54,814 nt of DNA, taken from a virus. Its lineage: Duplodnaviria > Caudoviricetes. The position numbers were made by a program, and so were the translations under genes. The stretch lies in IMG/VR virus record IMGVR_UViG_3300008113_000099, positions 1 through 54,814 of that record; one strand, 5' to 3'. The notes below the pieces were generated by a model, which was not told the origin of the DNA, searched no databases, and worked only from the letters and a program-made list of their open reading frames with translations. This document shows, in pieces, positions 25,712-36,620 of the stretch (its first letter is position 1; every line of letters begins with the position of its first letter).

Positions 25712-26604
25712 TATGCAATCACCAGCCTATACTCAAGATCTAATATTCTTCCAAACTCTTTTACAATTGGGATTGATAGGGCAGCTCTGCTTATTGCCCC
25801 AGTTTCTTGTACGTATGTATCATTATCGTTTATTCTTATTCCGTCAAAATCTACTGATGTTGTTGTTGATGAATTTGCCTTAACCTGTATTGAAATCTTG
25901 CTTATTGAGTCTTTTGGATCACCCACTGGATTAGCAAGAAAGTTTACTAGTGGCACCTCTACAATTCTATGTCCAGAAGAAGCAGTTCCATTTATTGTGT
26001 ATGAATAATAATCTGTATCTGATGAATATAGTGAAACTACAATCTTTTCAAGATTGGCATCGTTTTGTTTAAATGCTAGCGATATAGAGTCGTCTGTTGA
26101 GTATCCAGCTATATCAAACGGGATGTCAGTAGATGTTGCTGTAATCGCAGATCCATTTGTAGATGTTATTTGAAATGAAGTATTATTAATCTTAGAGTTT
26201 GCTGATTCTGAAACATATATACCGTTTGTCCATGTTGCATCATTATTAAAAAATGTTATAACACGACTATCTGCAGATCTTGTAGAAGATGCTCCAGGAA
26301 ATAAGCCAAGCTCGCTTATAGTTGCCGCAAGCTGTAATGGAAGTTGAGCTTTCATTATAATAGTATTGCTTGCATAATCTATTGTAGACGTATATACTCT
26401 ATACTTATTAATTTCAAAATTAAGCTTATAGTCAACAGATGTTGCAGTATCGGATCCGATTCCAATACCTATATACCTAGTTCTATCTGCAACCTTGTCT
26501 GCTAGGTAGTCAAGTATATGTCTTTTTCCTACATTTGTAATTATATTATTTGATCTGCAGAGTTCTTTATCTCCGTCTTTAATTACATAATATCCAGTCA
26601 TCAT
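25711..26604 (-). CDS. Minor tail protein
   Basis: NIITNVGK...IGIG...ISELGLF...LEYRL pattern of tail-tip proteins; position. Confidence 0.7.
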   Translation of the reverse strand: MMTGYYVIKDGDKELCRSNNIITNVGKRHILDYLADKVADRTRYIGIGIGSDTATSVDYKLNFEINKYRVYTSTIDYASNTIIMKAQLPLQLAATISELGLFPGASSTRSADSRVITFFNNDATWTNGIYVSESANSKINNTSFQITSTNGSAITATSTDIPFDIAGYSTDDSISLAFKQNDANLEKIVVSLYSSDTDYYSYTINGTASSGHRIVEVPLVNFLANPVGDPKDSISKISIQVKANSSTTTSVDFDGIRINDNDTYVQETGAISRAALSIPIVKEFGRILDLEYRLVIA

Positions 26605-27023
26605 ATCTCAGAAACCACCTCATTGTCAGATAATATTTCAATTCCAGTAATAACATCAGCTAATTCAAGAGGTATCATAATCTTAAACTCTAGTTCTACC
26701 AAGGCTCTGCTTGTTCCAGAAACATTATAAAGCTTTCCATACTTATTATTTGGATTTATGTTTTCAAAAGCATTGTTATACTTTAGAAAGATATCTGTAA
26801 ATTCTGGTGCCTGTATAAGTCCGCCTGTAAGATTACCTTCACCAGGTTCTTCTCCCTCTCCACCCTCTTCTTCCCCTTGGCCCATAGATCTTCCAGATAT
26901 CTTATATGTCTCTTCTGGCTTTATAAATTTTGATGAGACTAGGTATGCGGCAGGGGAGTTCTTGTCTACGACAATCTTTGGCTTGTCTTTGACTTCATGA
27001 ATTGTTGGCATGTTTTCTCTCAT
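26601..27023 (-). CDS. Hypothetical tail-region protein
   Basis: GGAG RBS; extended -10 TGGTATAAT at 27033-27041. Confidence 0.65.
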   Translation of the reverse strand: MRENMPTIHEVKDKPKIVVDKNSPAAYLVSSKFIKPEETYKISGRSMGQGEEEGGEGEEPGEGNLTGGLIQAPEFTDIFLKYNNAFENINPNNKYGKLYNVSGTSRALVELEFKIMIPLELADVITGIEILSDNEVVSEI

Positions 27024-27043
27024 TATATCTCCATTATACCAAT

Positions 27044-30016
27044 TTAAGCCGAATAAATCGAACGTAGTTTAAGCTTAGTGCTTATGCCGATATCCATAGA
27101 ATGAGAGATAGATCTAATAACAAATTTGCCAGATCCGTCAAATCCTCTTTCTGGATAGTTAATTGTAACAATATCTCCAATCTGAAGCACTGGATTTCCA
27201 AATACCTCCATATCAATATCTACTGTTGACTTAGACCATTGTTTTGTTAGGAAGTCGGATAGGCTTTTTGCCGCCTCTTTGCTTTGTATCCACTGAGAGT
27301 CAAATGATGTTATCTGCTTTACATCAGTAATCTTATCGTCAGAGTTGTAGAAATTTTGCCCAGCATTTGCTACGGATACACCATATACAAATAGGTCTTT
27401 GCCATCCCCTCCCGCCAACGCTAGAGTTGAAGATGAAGTATTAAATACATAAAATTCACCCTTATAGTATCCAAGTCGTTGTCCTACAACTTGAGCTAAT
27501 CCATCTGAAGCCTGAGCACCTATTGCATATGCAGAGTCATATTGAGCCTCAGCCTTGTACAATTCTCTAATTACATCACCAAATTCATCATACTTTAAAC
27601 TAGTTGATGTGGCTGAATCGTAGGTAAACTTTTGAAAGAATGAGTTTGCTAGCAACTTTCCATTAGTTCTTGATGCAGATATATCCAGAACAAACGTATC
27701 TCTTTTTAATGAGTATAGGTAATCAAAGTAAGCTGTTGATTGTCCGCCAGCTACTAAGCCTATTGTTGATGTTGCTGATACTGGACTGGATGTATCTTCA
27801 TACTCAATTGTGCTACCGTTCACACTGATAAAAATTGTATTCTTACCAGTCTCCTTGTGTACCAAAATATCAAGACCGTAGAAAGACTGTTCAAATATGT
27901 TAGAGGTTACGCTTGTTAGCAATACTGATGATCCATTTGTAACTTTATATAAAGCAGCTTCTGATTTTTGTTTTACATCTTGTGCTGATCTAGTAGAGTA
28001 TAAAAGCAATAAATATCCACTATTTGTAGTTGTATTCCAAAAAAACGTCATGCCAGAAGTTTGCTGAATTCCTATTTGATTAGCCGCAGCCAATTCAAAT
28101 CCTACTGCTGTTCCTATTTGAAAAAATTCAGAATCAGATGTATTTGGAAATGTCTTACTAACTATATAAAGATTTTCCTTTGATCCTGAAGCACTTATTG
28201 CAAGTGCTGACATATTGTTTCCAGACTGATTCAATGAGCAAACCTTAGCAATATCAACAGTGTTATTCTGTGTGGTACCTAATTTAATTTGCTTTGCTGA
28301 GTATCCGCTTAAAATTAAAGAGGGAGATTGAACTGGATTTGCAGTTGTGTTTGGTGTACCAAATACGTTTCTTGACTTTATTTTTAATTTGCCTACTGGC
28401 TTTAAATTATTATTATGCTTTGCTCTTAATTCAAGATACTGGCCAGCAGAAGATACGTCTACTTCTCCATCTGGAGATTGAAACCTTATAGCATCATATT
28501 CTATTATCTCTCCGCCTATTAAAACAAAAGAATTAAATCTTGTTGGGATAACATCTGAGAATACCCCTCTTTCTGGATATAAAATATATCCTGAAGATAT
28601 ACCTTTATATGGTGCAGCAAAAATTGTTGATGGTGACTGCTCAGTCCATAAAGGCTGAGATGATGCTTCTTGAGAACTTGTTGTTGGAACATTGTATTTA
28701 ATTCTAACCGCATTTGTTGTTGGTCTAGATGAAGATGAAAGATTAACAATATCTGGTTTTATATTAGCAAGCGGAGTGGATCTAAATGTCCATGTATAGT
28801 TAGGTATTGAGCTGTAGAATGTATCTCTGTCTACAAACACTAGAGTTCCAGACTCGTTTACATATGCTACAGTTTGGCTCTCTCGACAAATTTCCTGTAT
28901 TGCCTGCCAAACAGATTTATTTGAGTCTCCCCACCAATATCTACAGGTTAAGATATCTGCAGTACATTTTGAAAAGTCATAGTCAACAAATCCAACTGCG
29001 TCAAGCACTCTCCACATAATTGCTTGAAATGAGGAATCTTTTAGCATTATTTCTGGGCAGGGAATTTCTTGCAAGAACTTAGCAACGTCTAGCGCTTTAA
29101 TTGAATAGTTTCCATATTCATCGGAGCTATAATCATTTATGTAGAATATTCCTTGCTGGACAGTATGTGTATCTTCAATTATAAATCTAACTGTACACTT
29201 TATGTTATTTGTTATCATTACCTTATTTGAAACTATAGTGTCACCACGAAGGAATTGAACTATATCATCTTGAACTATGGTGGATAAATTAAGTGATGCC
29301 GCATTTGCAGTAAGCATTCCAACTGGAAGCTTATCGTCATTCATTGAGTCATCTTTATCAATGCTAACAGACATAACTCTATCTGTAACATCTACAAGAT
29401 ACTTTGGAGATACCTCAATAATTGAATTAAATGTTCCGCCAGATACTGTTACTGTTAATGTTGATATTGATTGTGGAGCAGCATATGTTGTTGGCTCTGT
29501 GGTTGTCCAGGCAGTTCCGTTATACCAAATGTCTACAATTCCAGATGAGGGGACTGATCCAGTATATAGTGATCCTATAGATATTGCATTTGAACCATGG
29601 CCAGTTTCTACACGTACAGATATCTTATTTGTTAATATATTTTGTGATGCACTGCCAGCCTTATTTTTATATGACACAACAGCTACTGCATTTCCTTGAG
29701 CCAAGAAGTAGGTGTACGGGATATTCTTATCTACCATATAGGTTCTTGTTGTAGGTATAACCTTTGTCTTGTATGTACCAAGTGTAAGGCCTGTGCCTAA
29801 GATTGCGTATCTAACTCCAGCCTTTGATGGTCTAAATGACTGAACTATAGACTTTGCTGGAAAGAGTTCTTTTATAATATTTGATTGAGTTGAAGATGTT
29901 GTTACCTCAACTGTGCCAGCCATCTCGTTCATATTGTATTCAAATATGACTTTAGGCAGAGCCTTTACTGATGTATTTTCTGACAGGATCTGTGTAAGTG
30001 CTGGGATGTTTATCAA
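27044..30016 (-). CDS. Minor tail protein (hub/Tal-like)
   Basis: 990 aa, second gene after TMP; C-terminal GNPVLQIGDIVTI motif. Confidence 0.75.
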   Translation of the reverse strand: MINIPALTQILSENTSVKALPKVIFEYNMNEMAGTVEVTTSSTQSNIIKELFPAKSIVQSFRPSKAGVRYAILGTGLTLGTYKTKVIPTTRTYMVDKNIPYTYFLAQGNAVAVVSYKNKAGSASQNILTNKISVRVETGHGSNAISIGSLYTGSVPSSGIVDIWYNGTAWTTTEPTTYAAPQSISTLTVTVSGGTFNSIIEVSPKYLVDVTDRVMSVSIDKDDSMNDDKLPVGMLTANAASLNLSTIVQDDIVQFLRGDTIVSNKVMITNNIKCTVRFIIEDTHTVQQGIFYINDYSSDEYGNYSIKALDVAKFLQEIPCPEIMLKDSSFQAIMWRVLDAVGFVDYDFSKCTADILTCRYWWGDSNKSVWQAIQEICRESQTVAYVNESGTLVFVDRDTFYSSIPNYTWTFRSTPLANIKPDIVNLSSSSRPTTNAVRIKYNVPTTSSQEASSQPLWTEQSPSTIFAAPYKGISSGYILYPERGVFSDVIPTRFNSFVLIGGEIIEYDAIRFQSPDGEVDVSSAGQYLELRAKHNNNLKPVGKLKIKSRNVFGTPNTTANPVQSPSLILSGYSAKQIKLGTTQNNTVDIAKVCSLNQSGNNMSALAISASGSKENLYIVSKTFPNTSDSEFFQIGTAVGFELAAANQIGIQQTSGMTFFWNTTTNSGYLLLLYSTRSAQDVKQKSEAALYKVTNGSSVLLTSVTSNIFEQSFYGLDILVHKETGKNTIFISVNGSTIEYEDTSSPVSATSTIGLVAGGQSTAYFDYLYSLKRDTFVLDISASRTNGKLLANSFFQKFTYDSATSTSLKYDEFGDVIRELYKAEAQYDSAYAIGAQASDGLAQVVGQRLGYYKGEFYVFNTSSSTLALAGGDGKDLFVYGVSVANAGQNFYNSDDKITDVKQITSFDSQWIQSKEAAKSLSDFLTKQWSKSTVDIDMEVFGNPVLQIGDIVTINYPERGFDGSGKFVIRSISHSMDIGISTKLKLRSIYSA

Positions 30017-30448
30017 CTAAACCTCCTGCATTTCTATTGACAGATTATAGAAAGTATCTACTCCACGTTTTACAATAGTGGGTGAAAAACCTGAAAATAT
30101 GACAGTATATGGACCCTCATATGTGCCATCCGCTTTTTTTATTCTAATTCTAAATGATGCTTTTCCAGTTGCTGAGTTATAGAAGGTTTGCAGATCATTA
30201 ACTGACCAGGCTGTATCTATTAGATGAGTTTGTGCTCCTGGAACAAAATCCCAAGACATCGAGAATGACTTTTTATCAGCAATATAGTACTTTCTTAAAG
30301 TTCCGTTTGCCATTCTTTTTGTCTCTTCAATTCTTTCTGTAGACATTTCAAGCGCACCACGATTATGCTCAGTGAGTTTATTCCATGTATTTGTAGGAGA
30401 CTCTATCTCGACAAGGGAGCTTTTGGGAAGGGATATTTTAAATGGCAT
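30017..30448 (-). CDS. Distal tail protein-like
   Basis: Directly after TMP; RMANGTLRKYYIADK...YNLSIEMQEV. Confidence 0.7.
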   Translation of the reverse strand: MPFKISLPKSSLVEIESPTNTWNKLTEHNRGALEMSTERIEETKRMANGTLRKYYIADKKSFSMSWDFVPGAQTHLIDTAWSVNDLQTFYNSATGKASFRIRIKKADGTYEGPYTVIFSGFSPTIVKRGVDTFYNLSIEMQEV

Positions 30449-30450
30449 TG

Positions 30451-33400
30451 TTATACACTCCTTGATACTCCCACTCTTTGATCCATAAGCTTCATCTTAG
30501 ACTGAATTGCATTAGCAATCTGATCAGCTGTAGCGCCTGAATTCATAACGCTTACATTAATATTATACTCGTTTCCGCCTGCAGAGCCTGATAGATTCAT
30601 TTGTCTTACCGCATTAAATAACCTATCTGATGGTACCACATTTCCGTTCATATTTGGTATGAATAATTCTGGTCCTTTTTCTCCAACCATGTATGGCATT
30701 GTAGAAGACATAGTTCTTGCACCGTCAAAAGCTTGTGCTTTTATTCTATAACTTCCTTTTACTGGCCCGCCCATATATCTTTGTGCATACCCAAGAAATG
30801 CTGAGCCTTTACCAGTCTCTTGAGCATAAAGTGCAGCTGTATGTTCATCTATACCTTTCCCATCCCACGCATAATCAATTGCATTTTTTGAATATTCTTT
30901 GCCATCTTTATCTTTAAATTTCATTGTTGCTACATAGGAAGAAGCTCCTTCAACTATGCCACCTCTTTTAACCATATCTGCAGGAGCTGAGAAATATCCA
31001 ACTCCGCCTGATGCTCCTCCAGTAAATCCAAACATCTGTAGGAATCCAGAGCCCATATCACCAACTTTTTTACCACGTTTTCCACCTGGACCATTTTCAT
31101 ATATATCGCCAGTAGCATCATCTAATTGATACTTGCTACCTAGCAATGCTTTTATGGTATTTGTAAAAAACTTTTTAAAGTCTGCTGTAGCTTTTTCAGC
31201 AAACTTAGCAAATGAACCTTGAAGAACTCCAAGATCTCCACCAGTTTTTCCAAGAAGGGCTTGCAAATCTTTGTAAGACTTTTCATTTCCTTGAGCAGCT
31301 TCTAGATAAAGCTTTCTAAAGTCTGTTGCGGTTTTAGCAGCTGCAGCTTGAATTGCCTTAATTGCTTCTTGATGCTTTGCAACTTCTTTTGCAGTACGAG
31401 CATCAATTGCTTGCATCTGAGCATCAGTAAGCTCTTTGATTTCTTTCTTTCTGTCTTCATGACGCTTAATCTCTTCTTCACGAGCTTTAATTTCAGCATT
31501 TGATTTATCTTCAATTGCTTTTTCTGCAAGATCTACTGATCTTGAATTCATCTTCTTATCTATTTGTAGACCAATAATTGCAGCTTCTGCAAAATTACCA
31601 GTCATCATTGCTACATTTTGTTCTGCCCTAGACGTAGCTATTTCTTTTTCAAAGTTAGCGGCTTCTTCTTGAACACGCAATTGATCCTTGCGCTTATCTG
31701 TTGCATCCTGAATTACATCGATTTCTTCTTTAAGTTTATCTATTTTCTCATCAATATTATTCTTTTCGTTTTCTGCAGCATCTTTTTCTGCCTTAGCTCT
31801 TCTACGAACTGCAGCTATTGCTCTATTCTCAGCTAGAATCTTGGCATCATATTTCTTTTGAATTCCTGTTGCTCCATATGCGTCTGCAATTGCAAGATTT
31901 TGTGCTTGCTGGGCAGCAATATCAAATGAGGCTTCTACGCCAGATAGAGCACTAACTAATCCTAATGTATTTGCGGCTGCCTGCGTAATTGCATCACCCA
32001 AAGTTCCAGCAGTCATAAAGGCTTCGTACAGTGGTGCGTTTGTTTCCTTAAGCTTTTCTAATAATTGCTGTCCGCTGTATGTTGCCTGAAGCTGTTGGAA
32101 GTTTAAATTTTCCATTCCATCTGGAAGTGCGCTTACTATAGTATTTATATCTTCAAACTTACCTACTTGATTTACTGCAAGTCCAGCAAGGTTGCTTATC
32201 TGAGTAGCAAATCTTCCTTGCGTAGCCTCAGTAATAAATAATCCAGCATTAAGCTTTTCTTGAATCTCATTAAATGTTTTTTCTGCTGCAGTACTTAGAG
32301 CATCTAGTGCCGATTCTTTTGTACTTATTCCTTTTATTGCTAACATAACTGGAACTGTAAACTCTTCTCTATCAGCCTGCTGTAAGATAGATCCGATTAT
32401 TGCGTTTGCCTGTGCTTCTGCAACACCCTGCGAAACTAATGTTGCCTTAAGGTTTCGTGCAAATTCCTCAGCTGCTCCACGATCTTTAAGTCCACCTGCC
32501 GCTTTAATCTGATCCTGCATTAAAGTTTTTACATCTGCACTTACTGCATCAATTTCTTTCTGGTTTGGAAGTAATGATAGATCATCCTTGCTTCTAGCCA
32601 TTTTAGATCTAAGTGCGCCAGCGTTTTCAGAGAGTGCCTTAAATGCTGATTGAGCATTTAGGGCTTTTCCACCAAATTTTTCTACAGCTTCTGCAGATAC
32701 ATTAATATCAGCCTTTGCTTTTGCAAGAGCTTCGGCATGCTGCTTTTGCATAAACTTAATAGCCATTGTTACTGCAACAATTCCTGCAACTGCAGCGGCT
32801 CCGTATGGTCCGCCAATCATTGCAAGTCCTCTACCTAATCCTCCAACAAGACCTCCGCTTTTAGCAAGGGATCCGCCTACTGTTTTAAGTCCTCCACCTA
32901 AAGCTTTAATTGCTGGAAGACCATATCCTAATGCCATTGCAAATTCACTTGCTTTTGAAACAAGTCCGTTTTGAACTCCAGTAACTTGATTCAACATTGA
33001 AGCTGCCATTCCAAGAGTTCCTACTGACATCATTAAGTTGTTATTAAATAGCTTTGCTGCTTTTGCAGAGTTAACCATTCCCTTTTCAACCTTTCGTGTA
33101 TCTGGAACTCCACCCAATGCTGCTTTCCCAGTCTTTTTTCTATTTCTATCAATAGACTTTCTGGTAGCCATATCTGTGTTTGGATCATTATATACGTCTA
33201 CAGCTTTTCTTGTATTTTGAACAGCTGGAGTTACTGGCATTACTGTTGAAACTGGAACTTGACCAGCTAGTTGATCTTTTCTTCCAACAAATCTTCTTTT
33301 AAATGCTGCAGTTGCATCACCAATTTTTGTTTTCTTTCCGCTTATTGCAGTTTCGCCAACTGCAAATTGTGGGTAAGCTTCATGTGCGCCTTTTACTGCT

Positions 33401-35901
33401 GAGCCCATGTAAACTCCTTGAGCGCCCATTGTCATTTGTTCTTCTGGGCTATAAATACTTAACTGTCCAGCATCATATGTTCTTCCCTGATATTCAAATG
33501 TATTAGCAGCTAATTTTTTAGAAGCTTCATTAGCACCCTTTGATTGAACTGTTGGGGCAAGTGTCTGCTTACCTTTTACTTTACCAGCTGGGTCTGTATG
33601 TGCAATATTTGGAGAATCCATTGCGTCTGGAGAAGTTAAATCAATCTTGTCTCCGCCATAACCTCCAACAACACCGTCTCTGTATCCAGCAAATCCACCT
33701 TGTACTGCAGTTGCAAATCCTGTTGCATTTCCACCTGCTCCGCTAACCATAAGAGAATCTTGAACTTCTGCCATTGCAACCGTTACTGCCTTAGTTTGAT
33801 CTAGGCCAGCTTGCTTTAGTGCGTCAACTCTTTTTGTAAAAACTTCCTGAGCTCGTGCTTTTGCTGGATCTGATTTAATAGCATCTACTGTTGATTCAAA
33901 GTCTGACTGTTGTGGAGCCATAGTGCTTACTTGTGGTCCTCCACCTGGACCTACAATTGTTGGTGGGACTACAGTTCCAGAATTTGGACCTGGCGCACCA
34001 CCATTTTGACTTGAAGCTAGGTCTCTATAAGCCATTGCAAGTCTTTCTAATTCTACCCTAAGAATTGTTGCTGCATCTTTTTGAGAATAAATACTTTGTG
34101 TGTAAGCATCTGCAACTTGATCTGCCGCAATTGTTTCAGTTGTTACAAGCTTAAATGAGTCTGCTCCGCTTCTAAACTGTCTTAGTGCATTTACACCCTT
34201 GATAATGTAACCAAAGAAGTTAGCCATAAGACCAGTAAGCATGATAAGTGGACCAGCCAATGCTGTGAGAACACCCATTCCAGTTACAAATGCTTTTAGT
34301 GGTGCTGGCATCCTGCCAAACACTCCAAGAACTTTTCCTCCAACATCAAGAACCTTGGCCATGATATTTAAGAATGGCTCTCCAATATCTGCAATAGCAG
34401 CCTTAAATGTCTCTAGCGCTCTCTTATATCTTCCAGATGCAGACTCTGTTAATGCTTTTAATTCTCGATCAGCAATAGATCCAAGTTCTGAAGTTGATGC
34501 TTTCATGAGGTCAAAGACCTGCATGGTCTGACTTCCTTCTTTTCCTAAGTTTTCTAGCAAAGCATTTATTCTTGCAAACTGGTACTTACCAAACAATTGT
34601 TCGATTGCTTGTTGCTTTTGTAGTGGGTCTAGCTTATCTAATGCTTCTTTTAAAGATTCCATCATGCCTACAACATTGCCAGTATTTCCAGTAACTATAT
34701 TATCTATAGAAACTCCCCATCCCATTAAAAGATCTCTAGAAACTTTGGTTGGGTTAATCATAGATGCAAGTCCAGACTTTAATGCATTTGCACCTTCTGA
34801 TGCATTGATTCCGCCTTCTTTCATTGCTGTTAGCAATAGTGCTAGGTCTTCTACGTCTCCACCCAAGCCCTGAATTACGGGGCCAGCTTTTGGAATTGCA
34901 ATAACTAAATCTTCAAGAGTTGTTGATGTTTGGTTTTCAACTGCGTTTAAAAAGTTAATAGATTCTGCGAGCTCTTTTGTATTCATATTAAATGCGCTTT
35001 GAAGTGCTAATGTTGCTTTCATAGCTTCTTGTCTGTCAACGTCTCCGAGTGTTGCCAATCTTGTTGTTTCTGCAATTGACCCTAGAAGCTCGTTTCCTTC
35101 TTTACCAGTTGCAGCAATATCTGCACCTAATGCAATTGTCTCTTGAAATGATGCTCCATATGTTGAGGCTAATGTTTTTGATAGTTCCATAACATCTTTT
35201 TTAACTTGAGTAAGTTGTTCTGCAGATACAGCTCCAATGCCGCCGTATACCTTTGCAAGTCTTGTGAGCTCCATATCTGCGGCCCTAAAAGCTTCAGATG
35301 CTGTCTTTCCAAATATAGCAAGTGGCAGTGTGAGTCCTACTGTTAACTGACGTCCTGCCCATTGAGTATTTTTACCCCAGTTGATAAGAGATGTTGATCC
35401 ATCTCTTAATACTTTATGATAGATTGATAATTCTGCTGCTGCAATTTTAGAAGCATTTGCTACTGCATCAATTCCAGTAGGAGTAATAACCATTGCTTTT
35501 TGAGCACCAGAGACATCCCTTCCTAGTGATTTAACAATAGAAGAGTTCATTCTAACTTGCTCTTGAGCAAGCTTTCTTATTTGTCCTTGTGCGCCTCTGC
35601 TATATTCAGACCAAGCGCTATAGTAATCTTTTAGCTTTAATCTCTGGCCAGATAATTCTTTACCAAATTTTTGTGTTGATGATGTGACGTCAACTATTGA
35701 TGAATTATAATACCCTGCTGCAGTTACGGCTTTTCTAAATTCACCTACTGCACCATCAAAATCTTTTTTATTTAAACCTATGTTTTCTGTTAATGCCTGA
35801 TTTCTAAACTTAGAAAGCACCGCCATTGCTCTATTGGCTTCAGATATTAACTGTCCAAAATCAGCATTGGCGGTGAACTTTACATTTAAAATATCAGCCA
35901 T
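30451..35901 (-). CDS. Tape measure protein
   Basis: 1816 aa, Ala/Gly-rich helical; TP901-type segment EGGINASEGANALKS; C-terminal VGEKGPELFIP. Confidence 0.93.
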   Translation of the reverse strand: MADILNVKFTANADFGQLISEANRAMAVLSKFRNQALTENIGLNKKDFDGAVGEFRKAVTAAGYYNSSIVDVTSSTQKFGKELSGQRLKLKDYYSAWSEYSRGAQGQIRKLAQEQVRMNSSIVKSLGRDVSGAQKAMVITPTGIDAVANASKIAAAELSIYHKVLRDGSTSLINWGKNTQWAGRQLTVGLTLPLAIFGKTASEAFRAADMELTRLAKVYGGIGAVSAEQLTQVKKDVMELSKTLASTYGASFQETIALGADIAATGKEGNELLGSIAETTRLATLGDVDRQEAMKATLALQSAFNMNTKELAESINFLNAVENQTSTTLEDLVIAIPKAGPVIQGLGGDVEDLALLLTAMKEGGINASEGANALKSGLASMINPTKVSRDLLMGWGVSIDNIVTGNTGNVVGMMESLKEALDKLDPLQKQQAIEQLFGKYQFARINALLENLGKEGSQTMQVFDLMKASTSELGSIADRELKALTESASGRYKRALETFKAAIADIGEPFLNIMAKVLDVGGKVLGVFGRMPAPLKAFVTGMGVLTALAGPLIMLTGLMANFFGYIIKGVNALRQFRSGADSFKLVTTETIAADQVADAYTQSIYSQKDAATILRVELERLAMAYRDLASSQNGGAPGPNSGTVVPPTIVGPGGGPQVSTMAPQQSDFESTVDAIKSDPAKARAQEVFTKRVDALKQAGLDQTKAVTVAMAEVQDSLMVSGAGGNATGFATAVQGGFAGYRDGVVGGYGGDKIDLTSPDAMDSPNIAHTDPAGKVKGKQTLAPTVQSKGANEASKKLAANTFEYQGRTYDAGQLSIYSPEEQMTMGAQGVYMGSAVKGAHEAYPQFAVGETAISGKKTKIGDATAAFKRRFVGRKDQLAGQVPVSTVMPVTPAVQNTRKAVDVYNDPNTDMATRKSIDRNRKKTGKAALGGVPDTRKVEKGMVNSAKAAKLFNNNLMMSVGTLGMAASMLNQVTGVQNGLVSKASEFAMALGYGLPAIKALGGGLKTVGGSLAKSGGLVGGLGRGLAMIGGPYGAAAVAGIVAVTMAIKFMQKQHAEALAKAKADINVSAEAVEKFGGKALNAQSAFKALSENAGALRSKMARSKDDLSLLPNQKEIDAVSADVKTLMQDQIKAAGGLKDRGAAEEFARNLKATLVSQGVAEAQANAIIGSILQQADREEFTVPVMLAIKGISTKESALDALSTAAEKTFNEIQEKLNAGLFITEATQGRFATQISNLAGLAVNQVGKFEDINTIVSALPDGMENLNFQQLQATYSGQQLLEKLKETNAPLYEAFMTAGTLGDAITQAAANTLGLVSALSGVEASFDIAAQQAQNLAIADAYGATGIQKKYDAKILAENRAIAAVRRRAKAEKDAAENEKNNIDEKIDKLKEEIDVIQDATDKRKDQLRVQEEAANFEKEIATSRAEQNVAMMTGNFAEAAIIGLQIDKKMNSRSVDLAEKAIEDKSNAEIKAREEEIKRHEDRKKEIKELTDAQMQAIDARTAKEVAKHQEAIKAIQAAAAKTATDFRKLYLEAAQGNEKSYKDLQALLGKTGGDLGVLQGSFAKFAEKATADFKKFFTNTIKALLGSKYQLDDATGDIYENGPGGKRGKKVGDMGSGFLQMFGFTGGASGGVGYFSAPADMVKRGGIVEGASSYVATMKFKDKDGKEYSKNAIDYAWDGKGIDEHTAALYAQETGKGSAFLGYAQRYMGGPVKGSYRIKAQAFDGARTMSSTMPYMVGEKGPELFIPNMNGNVVPSDRLFNAVRQMNLSGSAGGNEYNINVSVMNSGATADQIANAIQSKMKLMDQRVGVSRSV

Positions 35902-35904
35902 TTG

Positions 35905-36267
35905 TTATTCTTCCCTATAACCTAGGCCTTGACCTACTCCGAAACCTTCCTGTTCTGCGAGTGAGCCTCTTAATGATGCTACGTCATTTGTTTCTGTATC
36001 GTAGCCCATTGCACGTCGCTTGATATCATCAAACGACTTTGTTGTTTCAGGATCGTCAATCTTAACACCCTGCAAAGCAGCAGAGAACTTGCGTTCTTCA
36101 TTCTTGTTTTTTCTTGATGCTTCAAGAATTGCTAGCAGTTCAGGCATTGATATTGACTCCTCCAGGTCTTGAAAATTTTTCCAGAGACCTAACAAAAAGG
36201 CCTCTGATTCTACGGCAACTAAATCTAGTTCTGACCAGCTAGTAGAGCTGCCGCCAAGAGGTTTGGG
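35905..36267 (-). CDS. Tail assembly chaperone, C-terminal extension made by -1 frameshift (gpGT-like)
   Basis: -1 frame open from the slippery site to just before TMP; no convincing independent start. Confidence 0.75.
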   Translation of the reverse strand, partial: PKPLGGSSTSWSELDLVAVESEAFLLGLWKNFQDLEESISMPELLAILEASRKNKNEERKFSAALQGVKIDDPETTKSFDDIKRRAMGYDTETNDVASLRGSLAEQEGFGVGQGLGYREE

Positions 36268-36557
36268 TCGTCCATCTTGATACCTCCACACACTTCAACA
36301 ATTTTCATAATTGTTGGCATGTCTAGAGCATTCTCTAGTTCACCCTTGTTGGCAGCCAATTCTGGAGCTGATGTTTTTAGTGCAACTGCTGATGCAGCGA
36401 GCAGTGTATCTACTGCTTCGTTTTCGTTGAGGGACCCGTCAAGCTTTGCCATATGAGTCATAAACTCTCTTAATTGTGCAATTGGTAATGGTCTAAGTGT
36501 AACCACTGTTCCATTTTGTAGTTCGATTTCGTACGTTTCGTATACCTTGGTAGCCAA
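36225..36557 (-). CDS. Tail assembly chaperone (gpG-like)
   Basis: Between major tail and TMP; AGGAGGAG RBS. Confidence 0.85.
   Translation of the reverse strand: MATKVYETYEIELQNGTVVTLRPLPIAQLREFMTHMAKLDGSLNENEAVDTLLAASAVALKTSAPELAANKGELENALDMPTIMKIVEVCGGIKMDDPNLLAAALLAGQN
36261..36267 (-). promoter_or_regulatory. -1 programmed frameshift slippery heptamer C CCA AAC
   Basis: X XXY YYZ at codons Asp-Pro-Asn of the chaperone. Confidence 0.75.
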
Positions 36558-36590
36558 AGTACTCCTCCTATTTCTGTTAGTCTCTGTACA

Positions 36591-36619
36591 ATTTTACCAG
36601 ACACTAGGTATTAAGACAA
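36591..36619 (-). promoter_or_regulatory. Promoter for the chaperone/TMP operon
   Basis: TTGTCT-17-TAAAAT with TGG extension. Confidence 0.55.
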
Positions 36620-36620
36620 G

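Noticed and set aside
26830-26890. Purine-rich low-complexity tract on the coding strand
   Set aside because: Encodes a Gly/Glu linker (GEEEGGEGEEPGEG); no sign of a separate element
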